Shown here: piece after piece, positions 62,507-64,000 of the stretch
Layout: every line of letters starts with the position of its first letter
Numbering within the stretch: position 1 is the stretch's first letter
Origin: an uncultured Phycisphaerales bacterium
GTDB taxonomy: Bacteria; Planctomycetota; Phycisphaerae; Tepidisphaerales; Tepidisphaeraceae
Length of the DNA: 64,000 nucleotides
Direction of reading: 5' to 3'
Assembly (NCBI GenBank): GCA_963755915.1
Contig: CAVWLP010000002.1
Location: 3,520,001 to 3,584,000 of the forward strand
Notes under the pieces: model-generated
Told to the model about the DNA's origin: nothing
Database searches by the model: none
Seen by the model: the letters and a program-made list of their open reading frames with translations, nothing else
Made by a program: the position numbers and the translations under genes

Positions 62507-62945
62507 CGCAAGACCTCCTTGAGTCCGCATCGTGTCTATCGGCGTATGATAGACTTGTCAATGAATCTTCGCCAGCCGCGCGAACTTGAGAATTTGGGAA
62601 TGGTGATTCCTCCCGGACAGGCACACGGCGCTGTCAACGCCGACGGCATTTTTAGAAGGCCGTCTATCCGGGATGAGGGAAAACCTCTTGGGTAGCGCTT
62701 TCGCCTCTCCTAGGGGCCTCTGAATTCGATTTTGGCGATGTTTGGATTCGATCAGGCGCAGGCTTCGATCTTGTATGGATATTTTCTTCGGAAGGCCAAG
62801 ATGAATTTAATTGCGCGACTTCTTTCGATAATTCAACGCGTTGATGGTTTTGCTGGGGCTTAGGAGAATTACCCGCCCATGACAATGTTGGCGGCTTATC
62901 GCTTCGCAAGATAGGGTGTTTGACCAATCTGCACAGGAGAGATGG

Positions 62946-63689
62946 ATGGAATTGCATGAGCTTGAATTATTTCCGCCCGAAGTGGCCGAGAGGCTCAGGA
63001 CGTATGTCGACCGACTTATCGACCCACGCAACGGCGAGACGTTCTATGTGGGAAAGGGCAAGGGAAATCGCGTGTTCCACCATGTTCGAGCGGAGGACAC
63101 CCTAGACGGTGATAGTGCTGACAACAAGATGAAGCGCATCAGGGAGATACGCCTGGCCGGGTTCAAGGTCGCTCACGTGATTCATCGGCATGGGCTGGAG
63201 GACGTCACGGCGCTGCAGGTGGAGGCGGCGCTCATCGATGCCTATCCGGGCTTGACCAATGTTGCCGGTGGGGCGGGCGGCGATGAATTTGGGGTGATGC
63301 ATGCCATGGAGATCATCCGCGCTTATAGCGCCGAGCCGGCGGTTTTCCGCCACAAAGCGTTGCTGATCAGCGTGAAACTGAGCGCCGCGGAACGATCGGT
63401 TTACGAAGCAACCCGCTACGCCTGGAAAATCAACAGGACCAAAGCCGAGGAAGCGGAAGTTGTGCTTGCGACGGTCAAGGGCATGATCGTTGGCGCTTTC
63501 ATTGCCGACAACTGGTTGCCAGCCACGCCCAAGAATTTCGCCGGCAGGGCGGACGGCGAGGGGGAGCCGGACCGGCTCGGCTTTGTGGGTCACGAGGCGC
63601 CGGATGTCATAAAAAGAGACTATGTCGGGAAACGGGTGCCGGAAGAATATCGCCGGCCCGGTGCTGCCAATCCGATCAGATACAGCTGA
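62946..63689 (+). CDS. LEM-3-like GIY-YIG nuclease domain protein
   Basis: 'YVDRLIDPRNGETFYVGKGKGNRVFHH', 'VEAALID', 'LTN..GG', 'NPIRY'. Confidence 0.85.
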   Translation: MELHELELFPPEVAERLRTYVDRLIDPRNGETFYVGKGKGNRVFHHVRAEDTLDGDSADNKMKRIREIRLAGFKVAHVIHRHGLEDVTALQVEAALIDAYPGLTNVAGGAGGDEFGVMHAMEIIRAYSAEPAVFRHKALLISVKLSAAERSVYEATRYAWKINRTKAEEAEVVLATVKGMIVGAFIADNWLPATPKNFAGRADGEGEPDRLGFVGHEAPDVIKRDYVGKRVPEEYRRPGAANPIRYS

Positions 63690-64000
63690 TAGGGGGGCCG
63701 TTTTCGAGCGAAGCGACCCGGCAACGTTTTCGTGAACCGCTATTCCGGCCGCATTAGATTCACCCGCGTCGAGCGGCAACGGGTTCACGGTGAAAGGGGA
63801 ATGCCGTTTGTAAAAACTTTATTTAGACTCTTGGGCTTGCAGCGCGATTCTAGGTGATGATGGACGTATTAGCAGGATTCGGTGGTACGGGTAAGTTGAT
63901 GTGCTTGTTAGGCTTGAGGACATTCAGAGGTAATCAGACGGACTGACGATATTTATAAAAACGTTTTTAATGAAAATGGGTTAAAACGAGAACGTTGGCG

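Overview
The window looks like a Planctomycetota chromosome segment (Phycisphaerae/Tepidisphaerales-like; inferred from many PEP-CTERM proteins and '[15 protein letters not shown]' Zn-ribbon proteins). Positions 1-9072 are host genes: glycoside hydrolases, a tryptophan halogenase, a PEP-CTERM phosphoesterase, lgt and a GDSL esterase. The rest is a mobile-element hotspot around tRNA-Val(GAC) at 46764-46837. Two related integrase/primase islands (9165-18801 and 18784-46785) sit in tandem in the 5' end of the tRNA, and each appears to carry a replacement tRNA promoter. A third integrase island abuts the 3' end. Island 2 contains the most unusual structure: a head-to-tail train of IS1-family cargo transposons joined by the same 8-bp target, CGAAATCG. 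One of these carries an array of variable Zn-ribbon membrane-protein cassettes separated by 213-bp repeats that include the transposase 3' end. Another was interrupted by an IS1380 transposition unit that captured a PEP-CTERM gene using an alternative end. An IS66 with a SMI1/KNR4 passenger, an atypical tRNA-Leu and a defence cluster (AAA ATPase + S8 peptidase of ietAS type, truncated type III restriction enzyme, GIY-YIG) follow. Frameshifts in many unrelated genes suggest sequencing indels, so pseudogene calls are uncertain. All family assignments are by eye; no searches were run.
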